From a virus: a stretch of 64,000 bases of DNA. The stretch lies in IMG/VR virus record IMGVR_UViG_3300045125_000085, positions 64,001 through 128,000 of that record, one strand, 5' to 3'. Position numbers and translations under genes: made by a program. This document shows, one piece after another, positions 11,101 to 22,852 of this stretch (positions within the stretch are counted from its first letter, which is position 1; each line of letters begins with the position of its first letter). The notes below the pieces were generated by a model, which had not been told where the DNA came from, did not search any database, and was given only the letters and a program-made list of their open reading frames with translations.

Positions 11101-13470
11101 TCTAAATGCAGACTGCTGGAATAGATCTATCGCATCTGCATCCAGGACTACTGCTAGACTTGAATCCTAATGGCAGGAGCACTGCGGTACGTCAGACAGT
11201 AAAGGCTTGTTCCATATTACGTTGACAGGTACTTGGCGTGAACAGCTGAATAAGTTTGCATCGCAAGTATCCGATGAGCTTACAGCCTGGGTCATCTCCT
11301 TACGATCCTAAAGCTAGCACGATCTTAGCTGGTGGATGCATCTGAACGCAAAACTTCAACATGAGTTAAGAACTTAGTACCTAAGCTTGGTCCGGTTGAA
11401 GCTTACATGACTCACTTACTCGGTGGCGGCAGGTGCTAAACGATTCTTTAGCGCCCCACCAAGTGACACCAGCTGCAGCAGTATTGCCAAACGCAGCGGC
11501 TGCAAAGCTAAGGACGACTTTATTTCGCCGGAAATATGATACAATCCTCTGATCGGGCATGCTGGCAGTGGATACGGTACTGTTAAGGACGTATCAAAAA
11601 CATGCTGGCTAAGAAAGCCAGCTAGTTTTGGTCATTACCTAGGCCATAGTACCACGAATGTTGGTCAAGATATGGTCACAACCGCTGAAAGGATGAAGGA
11701 TCTAACGGAGCTGATCCGACGAAGGCAGCTGGTGCTACAGGTAGTGAGTCAAGTGGTCAGGGATGGTATGGCTGCTACTAGTAGTGGCCAAGGTGGTGGG
11801 GTCTGAACCAGGTACGATGCCTAGTAGGTTGTCAGCACTGGTAGCGGATGCGGGAGTCGAAGTGGGTATGGTGGCGGAGTAGCGAGTAGTTCTGACTAGT
11901 GCAGTAAGTACTAGGCTCAGGTAGTGGTATGGATCGTAGCGTCGCAGGCAGTGCCGGTGGTGATCCCGGAGTTCCTACGCGGAGGTCCTAGCCGGAGGTC
12001 AAGGCTGGATGAACCAAACTGCCGCTGGAGCCGACGGTGAGAAGCCTGTAGCTACACCACACGTATCCGTTCGAAACCTATACCTCCTGGCAAGCAAGGT
12101 ATATTTGAAGGCCATCGAGGAAGGCCTCTAAAGAAGTCGGAGTCGATCCTAGACATGATGAGAAGTGATTGGCTAGCATCAGGAATCTAGTCTGAGAGCG
12201 GATGCAGGTGCTCACGATAGCAATGCACAAGGTTTATTTCAGTTTATGCCTAAAACTTGGAGGTATCAGATCAATAAACTGTTGGAAAAGGGCAAGTATG
12301 AAGAAATCACATCCGGAGCATCTCCATTTGATCCTAAAGCATCCACTATCATGGCTGCCGAATATCTTAAGGAAAACTTTACAGCCGGTATTAAAAATCT
12401 AGTGCCTAAAATAGGTTTGGTAGATAGCTATCTGATCGCACTTCTTAGGCCCATGGAGATTTAGAAGATTTCTTAGAGCAAATCCAAATCAGTCACTGTA
12501 GCTACTGTGGGTATTTCTAGTGGCGTAATTCAGAATAGGACAAATAAGCCATTATTTGCTCCAAATGGTGTACCGACTACGGTAGCAGGTGTTTACGAGA
12601 ATGTAAAGAATAAGTTGACGAAGACTGCAGCTGCCTTTGGTTTGAAAATGCCCGATGAGAATAAATCACCGGATGCAATGGCTAGTGCCGATGATCCGTC
12701 AAAAGGACTGAGCATGATGGTAGAGAAAAAGCCATCGGATCAGATCGCAGGCTATATCAATGGTAAAGCGATACCGTCACAGGAAGCAGGTTCGGCCGCG
12801 ACACCGTCTACACCGCTGACTAGTCCTACAGCTAGTACAGCTACAGCGACTAATGAGTCTAGTCTTGGCTCTGCTCAAGGGACGCAAACCAAGAACGACG
12901 GTATGACTAAGGTAGACTTTCCTAGAAGGCTATCGGATAGTCCGCCTGAACCTTCCACACCACCACCGACACCGCTAGCACCAGCTGCCTCTTCACCGAC
13001 CCAGCAATTGGGTCAGGCACCTGCCGGTTATTCGGAAAGTGTCAGCACGCCTACGCAGCAATATGCTGCTCAAGCTACTGCACTCAATCCGAATGCGACA
13101 GCTAATGCAGCATTACCTGGTCTAGTACCGATGCAGGATAAACGCGATCTAATCGCTCCTGCCGCTATGGTGATGCAGGCTAATGCTCCATTAGTGCCTA
13201 GCTTTAATATGGCGACCCTAGGAGAAGGCATACATAGCGTCGACGATACTTTAAAGTCCTCACTGAAGATCCAGCAAGAGACTTTAGATGTATTGAAGAC
13301 ATTAGCTGCTAGTCTGAGTCCTGAGCAATTACAAATGTTGCTTAAAGGCTTAGCACCGACACCATGCTCCAGACACGACCCCTGCTCCGAGTACTAATAC
13401 TCCGAGCACCACGGCAGCTAAACGCGACATTCCAGCCAGTGCTATTAATCTTAATCGCACTATGGCATAA
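2156..13470 (+). CDS. Giant tape-measure / lytic tail protein (phiKZ gp181-like), fragmented by indels
   Basis: RBS AGGAG then ATG 2156 (MAKSKEAELDDFDFDDELDF); a chain of same-strand ORF pieces (2341, 2879, 4096, 4988, 6249, 8298, 8699, 9785, 10261, 12246, 12507) runs to TAA 13470 and a terminator; contains muralytic domains; divergent from vRNAP beta'. Confidence 0.8.
5531..6811 (+). repeat. Tandem array of ~7.2 near-identical 177-bp (59-aa) units inside the tape-measure gene
   Basis: Unit AGCTCTAATGCTGCAGAGCAGACC... recurs at ~5531, 5710, 5888, 6066, 6242, 6420, 6597 and 6774 (partial); in frame it encodes SSNAAEQTDLFADGSTPVGATRLPSINLPRILAPTASWVESIQQQVGNKIPTAIRSLTP. Confidence 0.97.
10140..10450 (+). 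other. M15 (VanY/LAS-type) Zn-peptidase domain within tape-measure protein
   Basis: VTSAFRS..Q, ARPGRSLHEKGLAMDI (SxHxxGxAxD), GFTRPVGSEDWHIE (ExWH). Confidence 0.85.
11040..12640 (+). other. Two tandem SLT-type lytic transglycosylase domains within tape-measure protein
   Basis: Second copy: ES...AQGLFQFMPKTW...SPFDPKASTIMAAEYLKENF. First copy (11040-11620, very error-rich) retains KGLF..GTWREQL..SPYDPKASTILAG..VEAYMTHLLG. Each is preceded by a near-identical ~70-bp linker (~10910-10976 and ~11980-12047). Confidence 0.75.
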
Positions 13471-13475
13471 AAGGT

Positions 13476-13513
13476 GGCTGAGAGAGCCCTTCTAAGGCTC
13501 TCTCAGCCTTTTT
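13476..13513 (+). terminator. Intrinsic terminator after tape-measure gene
   Basis: GGCTGAGAGAGCC-cttctaa-GGCTCTCTCAGCC followed by a T run. Confidence 0.85.
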
Positions 13514-13540
13514 ATACTCATACCCACTACAGTGATAGCC

Positions 13541-15631
13541 ATGGCTGAAAACGACACACCACCCCCGTCTAGCTTACTGAATAATGATAATGTATCATTC
13601 TTGCTAGATAATGACTGGGCCCGCCAAGCCTTCCTTATTAGCGATGAAGGATTTAGGTGGCGCTGGCACTTACGATACCATCAATCGCTATTGGTCGACT
13701 AGCGCATAACAAGTTCACCGATACGTCGCTCAGGCGGTAATCTCGGTATTAACCCTAGACCGCAATTTACACCGTATGCTGATATCCCAGTTAAAGGTAG
13801 AATGAAAGATCGCAGTGATGTCACTGTCGATGATCAGAAACGGACTATTTCGGAATGGGTCGCTACTATAGTGAATCTATAGACGATAACGCCCAGACCA
13901 TCTACATGCGCTTCGGAGTACCGCAGTTTAACTCTTTAGTCGACTTCTTTCAACTAAAGCGTTCGATGCCGAATATGACGGCTAGTCGCCCGTACTGGTC
14001 GTGGCCCGAGCTGCTTGGTACGACGTCGCTAAAATAGCCGGTGCGATAGGTACTGGTTTACATGCCTTTCCAGCGATTAGTATCGATCGATCTTATCTGG
14101 TCAGGCTTATGCATGACTTGCATTTCAGTCAGCCGACGAGTCGTTCTACTACACTGAAGCCGACTATGCATACGTTATTGGTCAGCTGTCACTACCCTGA
14201 CTAACAGCTATCGCTGTCAACCGTGGCATACATGCCGCAAATCGTAGACGGCGGACAAGACCAGGTAGCAAGGTAATCCTCATAAGCTTAGATGCAGCAA
14301 TGATTGCAGAACCATGCACTCGATGGCGATGCCGGACATCTTTGATGAAGATGGCGGGATCGACGTCTATGCTGTCGCTAATAAAGCACAACGTCATGCT
14401 AATAAGCAGTTCATTAGATGACTGTAGTAACTCAATGTTGCAGTGATACGGATTTTGCTGGGTTTCGTGCAGAAGAGCAGATCAGGATAAGTTGATCGTA
14501 ACCGGGTAAGAGTCTCGTCGATCATAGCTTCATGCGCTGCATTTAAGGCATGGTAACGTATTACGACCATGAAGGATCAACCGACAGCCAGCTTAGAGCT
14601 ATTCGCCTAAAATCGACCCTGAGACATCGCTGGACTCTAGAAGGCGGCTGAGTCAGTCATCATCCTTAAGCTTCTTCGACTCTGAGTTTAGCAGATGGTA
14701 GTCAGTTTGCAGTATTTAAAGTAGACCACACAGGCTCTGCATCTGAAGTCTTTTAGCAACTCAGCAGTAGAGTCCGATCTGTCGAACAAGTATAACTAGC
14801 AAGCTCCTACAGACACGTAGAGGCTAAACTTAGTTTTGCTGACGGCAATATAGTAGGTGAGCTCGATCGGTGAGCATCCTAGGCGGTAGTCAGCCGATGC
14901 TGTCGTTGGTACAGTGAGCGGTATGACGCTAGGTATTTCTGACGTATTGCAATACCTAGGCAATACGTATCGTCGATATCCCGAAACACTGGCAGAGTTC
15001 TTCAGCGTCGCTACCGCGCACATCGTACACGATCCAGCTGATCAGCCCGTATGAAATCCCATATCGCAGATGACAAAACATCTATATACCGATCGCTATG
15101 CTGTTAGCCGCTGTACCTTACCCTCATCTACTGGTAAGCAATCTTACACTAGTCCGTTATTCTAGTCCAGCTGTTTGATGAGGCAGATGTCAGATCCAGC
15201 TCGGACTCATGGAATCTCTAAGTATTACTAGAGGTACCGCTAACTTACCATTTACTAACAGAGGTAGAGGTGATGGCGATAGATGTGAGCTTCTCCGTAA
15301 TGGATTTATCGAGCATCATGCATATGCCTATTTCCACTGGAGCTTTGTTTGGTGCGAATATGAGCGATGGATGAGGATAATATCCTCATGGATTATCTAG
15401 CGGTATTAGCAGGCCAAGATATCTACAGTCAAATGTACTCCTATTGCCTAAAGCTAAACTGAATGCAGTTAAGTATGCCGCACCAACTGGTTTGCTAAAG
15501 CATCTTCACCAGCCTACTGGGCTAGCTTTGATTCATGAAGAAACTACTACTGGGATGTTGGGCTACTTGTTCCCACTATCACCGATTATTAAGCTGTCTC
15601 ACCGACGTCAGATTTATTTCAAGAGCAATAA
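13541..15631 (+). CDS. Tail/baseplate structural protein (phiKZ gp182-like), heavily frameshifted
   Basis: ATG 13541; fragments [50 protein letters not shown]; directly follows the gp181-like gene. Confidence 0.65.
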
Positions 15632-15635
15632 GTCA

Positions 15636-15672
15636 GCATATAGCGAGAGAGCTATCTAGCTCTCCGCTATGC
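15636..15672. terminator. Hairpin between convergent genes
   Basis: GCATA.TAGCG.AGAGCTA / TAGCTCT.CGCTATGC imperfect inverted repeat. Confidence 0.65.
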
Positions 15673-15682
15673 CGTCTTCATC

Positions 15683-16911
15683 TTAAGATCGCACCATATC
15701 CTGGGTTTTGACACGCATAGCGGCAAATGGATCACCGCTTTGACCAGACTGAGCATATGCTTGTTTCGCTTGTTGGCCTGCTAGCATCAATGCCGCGTCA
15801 CTAGGCACAGTCACACCACCATCCGTAACAGGACCTACTTGTAAGCACTGGGTCTGTAACAGTCCAGTCCACGGTGTCTGCGTGATCGTGATTTTCTCTA
15901 CCGATTTGATAGTGTGGCTCTGATACGTACTACTAGACCAATTCGGATCGACTTTATTTAAAGTCTGTACTGACTCTTCGTAGAGTTGTTCTCTTTGTAC
16001 GCTGGTGGTCCAGGCGGTATTTGAAAGTTACCAATAAACTGCTGGCTGACATTCGGTGCATTACTACTGACATAAGGGTGACCAGCATCACTATTCGCTA
16101 TTTCCATCATGCCGTTGACACTACCGTTCCTAGAGGCAGCATTAGCTAAAGCTCCACCGAGCTGATAGCGCTGACCAGGATTCTCTACCTGACTACTGAC
16201 GGACTGATAGACATTAGGTAAATTAGCTCGCATGCCTAGATTACCCATAGAGTATAAGGCTCGTTGTTGATTAGCAGGACTGTAGACTTTCCTAGGACTA
16301 TCGCTATTATCGCCGCCTGTGAAACTATCGAGCAGACTAGAGACATCACTGCCGCCCATCATACTACCAGCTACACTAGCTAGCTCTTTACCTTGGCTGA
16401 TGAGGTTACTGATACCTTCTTTACCACCGAAGCTATCGAGTAATCCGCCACCACCAGCACCTTCTAAGAAGTCGAGCTTGACAGCGCCGGAGAGTTCTTT
16501 AAAAGCACCTATGTCGAAGTTCCCACTCATTAAGCTAGAGCCGATCTTATCTAAGTTGAGATCAGACAGCTTATCGAAATCAATCACACTAGAGAGCTGA
16601 TCCTTAGCGCCACGGATCATCTCACCGACACTGCCTAAGCTATCTAAGCTAAAGCCGCCTTCACCGCCCAACATGCCTTTGACGCTATCCATGATCCCAG
16701 TAGACTCAGCGAGACTCACTGAGGCTACCCATGATATCGCCGCCATTCATTATAGATGAGACGGCTTCACCTAGACCACCTAAAGCACCGGAGTGCGCCA
16801 CCACCCATGGCTTGGCTAAACACACCGGAGTCAGCGGCGGCTCAGAAAGTCCATACTCGGTATATTAGTCTCTTTGTCTAAAAACTCAAAACGATTCGCT
16901 GCTATAGCCAT
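15683..16911 (-). CDS. Gly/Ser-rich hypothetical, probable virion protein (frameshifted)
   Basis: RBS GAGGT, ATG 16911 (MAIAANRFEFLDKETNIP); joins the 15958..16746 ORF. Confidence 0.55.
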
Positions 16912-16946
16912 AGCTACCTCGATAAAAAAAAACATCACAGCATTAA

Positions 16947-16995
16947 GCAAAAAATAATCCACATCCTAGAGGAGCCCGTAAGCCCCTCCAAGATG
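16947..16995 (-). terminator. Terminator of accessory gene; near-identical core at 53635-53656
   Basis: Hairpin core TAGAGGAGCCCGTAAGCCCCTC (16967-16988) with an adjacent A run, i.e. a U tail on the minus strand. Confidence 0.7.
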
Positions 16996-17056
16996 CAGAC
17001 TATTTAGAGCTTACTTATCAGCGAGATCGCCGTAAAAGCTCTAGTTGTCTCGGCCG

Positions 17057-17466
17057 TCAAGGCCGTAAAATCCTCCACATATTTCTCGTCAAATATGTGG
17101 TAACGTCTTCCTTACGACTTAAGCCATCCTTGGCCATACGGCGATCCAGCTTCCATGCCAGACGGAAGATTTTCATCCATGAGGTCAAACCGCTCTGCAG
17201 TTTGCTAAAGAAACGGTAGCAAGATTCATGGTGCCAAACCATGAATTTGATATACCGATTCACCGCATGTACTACAGATGACTTGATGCTGTCTGCTGCG
17301 GCATCTATCTCACGGCATTTTGCCAGTACTTTCATACCTTCTACGGTACTGGTCAAGCTGTCCTTTTTGCCGGTTTTCCATCCAAGCATGAATGCATCCC
17401 GCATTGCTTTACAACCATGATTACGAAAATGAAGACCTTGCGAACGAAAGCGAAGAAACTGTTCAT
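17057..17466 (-). CDS. Hypothetical accessory (early) protein
   Basis: GGAGGTG RBS, ATG 17466 (MNSFFAFVRKVFIFVIMVV...); joins the listed 138-aa ORF after one indel. Confidence 0.6.
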
Positions 17467-17597
17467 AGCACACCTCCTAAGGTATGGTAATAAGTCCATA
17501 CAGCTGAACGACCGTATAGACTGGAAAGGGTGAATGATCTAGCCACCAGTAGGCTAAGATCATCTTTAATATATGGGATTATGTTTTTCTGCACTTT
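17467..17597 (-). promoter_or_regulatory. Early-type promoter plus three-hairpin 5' leader (copy 1)
   Basis: GTGCAG-N10-TCCCATATATTAAAGATG, then hairpins ATGATCTTAGCC/GGCTAGATCAT, AGTCTATACGG/CTGTATGGACT and CATACC-TTAGGA-GGTGTG. Confidence 0.75.
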
Positions 17598-17977
17598 AAA
17601 CTAGAGCTTTAGCTAGTTTACTCCACATAAATGCCTTTACCGATATCGATAAACTGCAGCAACTCTCGCATCTGGTCATACGTAGCAGTCAGGTTAAATA
17701 GCGTCTCATCCATAGTCTCGTCTAGGACTAGTACGCGTATCCACATAGATCATCCATGCTGATGCGGTATAAGTCTTTACTATCAGGAAACCGAAATAGC
17801 TTAAAGCCATGATACTGCTTAGCGACACATTCTTTTAAACAACTACTTAAAGCCGCCATGATCGTCCACGGCAATGACCAGACTGCATACTGCGTACCAG
17901 TCTGTTTTACTTTAAACTCTACGCCATGACTGATCTATACGTAGAGTATGCTGACGGTGCTTAATAATCGTTTTCAT
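17597..17977 (-). CDS. Small hypothetical protein (frameshifted)
   Basis: ATG 17977 after GGAG; coding-like sequence between two regulatory elements. Confidence 0.35.
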
Positions 17978-18019
17978 AGGTAAAGGCTCCGGATGGTCTA
18001 TAAATAAAAAAGTGGCATA

Positions 18020-18048
18020 GCAGAGAGTGCTATCACAGCACTCTCTGC
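18020..18048 (-). terminator. Intrinsic terminator
   Basis: GCAGAGAGTGCT-atcac-AGCACTCTCTGC with a nearby A run. Confidence 0.75.
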
Positions 18049-18059
18049 ATCTCATTTTA

Positions 18060-18808
18060 AGGTGCTACTTCAGCACCGTGATCTCAACTCATCCTGATAA
18101 CGCATCCTAGCAGAGCTCGATCAGCTCTGCTCCTCATTATCCTGCAGACTGACAGCCTAGCTTAGGTTTAGGAAACTTTAAGCAATCAAGTATGCTCAGA
18201 TTCAGCCTATTCTTGAGGAACTCAAAACTAGGTAAGCGATCCTCACGTAATGCTTTCCTGATTTCATCAAAGCCTAGTATTAACCAAGGCCCGCAGTCTG
18301 GACGTATCCGTACGCCATCTTCACGCTTATAGATGTAGTAACATTCTAGCTTTGAGCTCACAGTCCTTAAGAGCCTCAGCCCATTGCGGATACTGCTGGA
18401 GCTTTTGCCAGTTTGCATCCATGATGATTTCTCTGAAGTTAAATACTTCAGCTCTAGTCAGCTTACGTTCAAAGTTACGTAAGCGTCTGCCCACTAGACA
18501 GACTCCTTATCTCATCACAGCGTTCTGCTGATAAGACGTATTTCCAAAAGGTCTCGATAGAGCAGAATCTACCTAAGACATTATGGACAAACGGAGCTTG
18601 TGTACGCTGATCCAGAAACTGGCCGAGATCAGTACTACCGCGGTTCCAAATATTCAAGTGATCGACGCCGTCTTCACCCAAGGTCATCGGTGACGGCATC
18701 GGTGTCCTTATAAGGGTTATGGCGTCGAGTACGACGCTGTCCAGACCCTCTAAAGTCTGCTATTTGCCCCAGACCCTTGAAGTCTGGAGTATAAAGTTCA
18801 TTTCGCAT
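18060..18808 (-). CDS. Conserved jumbo-phage hypothetical protein (frameshifted)
   Basis: GEDGVDHLNIWNRGSTDLGQFL...FVHNVLGRFCSIETFW resembles a motif I recall from large-phage hypothetical proteins; joins 18475..18699 and 18137..18418. Confidence 0.55.
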
Positions 18809-18810
18809 AA

Positions 18811-19385
18811 TTAAGCTCCAGGTAAGTCACACGATATCCCTTATGGCTCAGGCATTTCTTGCTGGTAAGTATATGCGTCAGAGAGGTGAAAGAACAGATA
18901 GATCATTACCAATACTAGCAACCAGTGATTTTGTTTCAGCAAGGCGTCGCAGTATTCGTACTCTACTCGTAATTGCTCCTGGATAGGCTGAGGTATCAAG
19001 CAGGTGTCGGTGTCCTTATTGTCCTCGGGTTCAAAATACAGCCCGCCGGGCTAATACGCCACGTAACTGTATCATCATGCCATTCCAATTAGGACAGATT
19101 GATCTGTACCTGCTTAGTGAGATTCAGCACAAAGTCTCTCAATATCTCATCTTGGAAGATCTGCTCAGTCGTCCTTAATAAACTATCCGGCATGAGCAGC
19201 TGGTATAGTCTATTACCGTAATACCACTGATAGAGAAAATCCATGACGTGTTCTTTATCATCTCTACCGCTAGGGAGTACACGCATGAGCTCTCTATCTA
19301 GTAACGCGATGATCAACTCACCGGCTTCAGCGAAACTAGGAGCCTGGGTAGTGACGCTATAGATGTAATTATTTTTCTCAGTCAT
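18811..19385 (-). CDS. Hypothetical protein (frameshifted)
   Basis: 98-aa ORF with GGAG RBS; continues after an indel. Confidence 0.5.
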
Positions 19386-19827
19386 GATGGTGCTCCCTCA
19401 TCGGTCGTATCAGTGGTGTCGGGTGTAGAGCATCTCTTCATCGCTCATGATGTCTAAAGCGACGACGATATCATGCTCCGTGATAGTCTTTGTTATGGTG
19501 GTGGAGTCGTATCACCAGCTCGAACTTAGGGATATTCAGAAAGCGCATCGCTTTAATAAATACCCGCCAAGTCTATAGTGCTCTTAAACAGTTCCTTCTT
19601 TAAATTCCCTCTAGCTCGTGACCTATCCTTGACATCGCCGATTCTGGCGTTGCGAGGATTCATCAGAAAAGACTCCATCAGCCTATGAAACTGATTTTCT
19701 TCTTATTCGCAGATCAAACAAGATCTTCTGGAATAAAGCTGCTAAGACACTATCGACACCGCCACTCTGAGGTACGGTACCGATTTGATGTGCCTTATCG
19801 CCGTAAGGTATGTTTATGAAATGACAT
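19382..19827 (-). CDS. Hypothetical protein (frameshifted, absent from ORF track)
   Basis: AGGAG RBS, ATG 19827; pieces SGGVDSVLA, FHRLMESFLMNPRNA, RARGNLKKELF, WRVFIKAMRFLNI. Confidence 0.5.
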
Positions 19828-19920
19828 ACTTAACTCCTAGGTCGAAGACTACTCTTAAGGTAGTCGGGTCGTGATATGTGCTCTTTAAATAAAGAGCACG
19901 GCCAGTGATAGGTCGTTATA

Positions 19921-20419
19921 TTAGACTGCTTCAAACAGCGCTAATAATGAGACCGTGTTGTTTAATAAGACATCGAGGACTTGCAGCGTATGGGCTTGAC
20001 GACTACCGACGACTGCTTCACAACTACGATACTGCACGATAAAGGCAGTAGCGGCAGTCTGCCATTCTTCTATAGCTCGGACAGGATCGATATACTGACC
20101 ATATGCATCTAAGAAGAACTCCCACAACGCTATAGATTGCAGAGAGTTATTATAGACATGCGGCATGAGTCCGATATCGTCACTGAGCGCCGTCGTCGCT
20201 ATTTCTAAATGGAACGTATATGCTTCTATAGTAGTGAATAATACACTTGCATCGCCAGAGCCTATACTCAGGATCATAGATCCGGCTGAAATGATCAGCA
20301 CGGATACTTTCTACACTGTACAGACCTTGATCGGTCAGGTGCGGTAAAGCGAGTAGTGGTGGAGTGGATTTACCCACCCACTGCAGACATCGCTTTAAGA
20401 GTCGATGAGCCATGCACAT
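19921..20419 (-). CDS. Hypothetical protein
   Basis: Overlapping 79-aa and 126-aa ORF pieces on the same strand. Confidence 0.45.
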
Positions 20420-20474
20420 GGCTATATCCTCAAGATTACTATATAAGTTTGATTTTTTTAGGAGCTGTCTTTTT

Positions 20475-20882
20475 ATGACTACTGATACACTCTACGCAGA
20501 CGATGATGCGCTCATCCTGCAGCACACCAAAAACATACGCTTTAAAGATCGTCGATCACTTTACTAGCGAAAATGGCTCATTGCCGCGTAATCAAGGTGA
20601 ATGGGCTGCACTGCATCCAAGCCCTAGATGGCTTAGATCGTACTGTGTTTACTAAAGCTAAACTCAAGTCAGACGAACAAAACCAACAACAACGCCAGCA
20701 AGTACTCGACGTAGTCTGCTGTAGCTCCAGCGTACGGAAGTACAGGCATCGTTGCCACCTGTCCGTACGCAGGATTTACCCGATCTACCTACTGACTATA
20801 CAGTAGTACCTGTACCGGGTGAGACCGATATCGGCTTACATGACTTAAACTACATGAGCAGTTCATGAGTGCTCAAGAATAA
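20475..20882 (+). CDS. Hypothetical protein (frameshifted)
   Basis: AGGAG RBS, ATG 20475; includes ALDGLDRTVFTKAKLK. Confidence 0.45.
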
Positions 20883-20903
20883 ATCTTAGCAGAGGTAGAC
20901 TCC

Positions 20904-21682
20904 TTAAGTGGAGTCTCCCTTAGGCGTAGACTCAGGCTGTGGAAAACCATCGGCTTTTTCCATGACCGCCATCGTCTCTTCAAACGCTATTGAGAAATAG
21001 CGCACGGGTAATAATGTCAGCTGAATTAGCGGTCCTGCTATTTGCTCCATCGCTTCAAACGGTGACATCTTTAAAGCCTGTGACTCAGCTACCGCCGTAT
21101 CACTAGGGCGGTCCATTAAAGTACAGAGCAGGACCCATCAAAGTCACTTCAGGGCAAGTCGTCTTTTTCCACTGACCATTTAAGCTGTGGTGTTCTAACC
21201 ACTCTGGATAACGGTACAGGACTAAGACGCTACATTCTTTTGACCCAAGCGGGATTCAGCTGATCGTAGTCATAGCGAACGATCTGTATATCACAGACTT
21301 GCTTGACCGCACTAGCGACTGCACGCACTATGATTTCTTGCTCAGTATCCGTCAGCTCGTACGGATACATATTGATCATGATCTTAGGCGTGTATTGATA
21401 AGGTCCTTGTACGCCTTGCTTTAAGGTCTCGTGTACAAACTCTTTACATAACCGTACCATCGGTGTCAGTACACTATTCTTTAAAGTCTGTCTATCCCTA
21501 GAGCGATAAACTTTCTCAAAGAGCTCTTGATTGACAGGAAACTCATCGGTCCAGCGATCTAAGTAACCTTTGCGTAAGACAGTCTCAGCGGTTTCTGAAT
21601 CTATCAGAAATAAAGTCGCTAAACGTGTATCGAGCAGACAATCTAGCTCGATGCATAGTAAAGAAGTAAAGGTGTCAGACAT
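20904..21682 (-). CDS. Conserved phiKZ-like hypothetical protein
   Basis: MSDTFTSLLCIELDCLLDTRLATL...; joins 21230..21715 and 20904..21116. Confidence 0.6.
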
Positions 21683-21720
21683 ATCAGCCTCATGGTAATG
21701 ACAGTGACCCCACACATCAC

Positions 21721-21754
21721 AGGCCCCTGAGCAGTATCGACTGCTCAGGGGCCT
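21721..21754. terminator. Strong hairpin downstream of vRNAP beta C subunit
   Basis: AGGCCCCTGAGCAGT-atcg-ACTGCTCAGGGGCCT. Confidence 0.75.
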
Positions 21755-21760
21755 TATGCG

Positions 21761-22447
21761 CTACAGGGTGTTAGAGAGATGCATTGCCTTTAAAAAGGTA
21801 CTGGACCGTCCGGGTGGATTCGACTCCTCCGGCATAATGACTTAAAAGTCTTCTAGGTTAGCGCTACCGTGCCGATTGATCATGGCATTGAGCGCACGTC
21901 GCCCTTTTCGTATCACCGCCTCTATACTTAAATAGCTCAGTGACCGATTTGTCCAGACCCATAGCCGTCATTACTTGTAGCTCTGGGAAAGAGATCTTAG
22001 CACCACGTCTGGCTTCACCTGTGGGTTGGCCTGAGAGTATGTCTGAAGTCTTATCGGACTCTTGTACTGATAACTTCTTGACTAGCATCTGAGAGGCACG
22101 TCGTAACGGCATGTCGATCACCATGTACTTGACAGGTGTCAGATGGGTAGGGATGCCATCATGCTCACCTATCCATAGCCTCTGAAAGAAATCATGACCT
22201 AACTTTTTAGCGACTGCTATATTCCTCTCTAAAGTCGGTGAAGCTCCGAAGTTAGGCATCGTTAAAGTCAGGCACTTTTACCAGTCGCTAGATCATCGAT
22301 GAACTGTTTAAACTCAGCTTCACTGATTTTATCAAAGTAAGCTTTATACAACTCAGTCGTAGGTCCTTTCGGTACCATAGCTTCTAAGCATTGCAGGATA
22401 AACTGTTCAGTCTTTTGTCTAGCAGGAGATTTAGCTATGGTGCTCAT
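21761..22447 (-). CDS. Virion RNA polymerase beta C-terminal subunit (phiKZ gp149-like)
   Basis: MPLRRASQMLVKK...SGQPTG..RGAKISFPELQVM..GL...ELFKYRGGD corresponds to the beta C-terminal (GQP..GG.R.GEME) region; ATG 22447, TAG 21763-21761. Confidence 0.8.
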
Positions 22448-22809
22448 GGCCTAAAGCCTTCGGTAAACGATGCAAAGCAGCGAATGGCAGTACCGTATCG
22501 CCTACTAACTTTTGCCAGTCATTGATTTCACCTTGGTAGATCAAGCAATAACGCTCATTGATAGATACAGCAGGACACGCCATCAGTTGCAGGTTCCAAA
22601 ACTGATTCAGCATATGCCAGCTGCACCCGACTGTTCTTATCTCTGGCCTCGATGATGTAATGGCTAGTATCGTAGTTATTGACGACCTCGTCAGCTAGAC
22701 CTGCCTCTAGCAATCGGTCTCGCATCCAGCTCACCAGATCGACCTCCTCAGGGGTACGTGGAGCATGGTAGTCCTGTACTCCTTGAATATACTGCGCATT
22801 AGAAAGCAT
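22444..22809 (-). CDS. Hypothetical protein
   Basis: Two overlapping ORF pieces between the recA-like gene and the RNAP subunit. Confidence 0.5.
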
Positions 22810-22852
22810 AAAGCTAAATCCTCACACTTAAAGAAACATAGAAAGAGCACGC

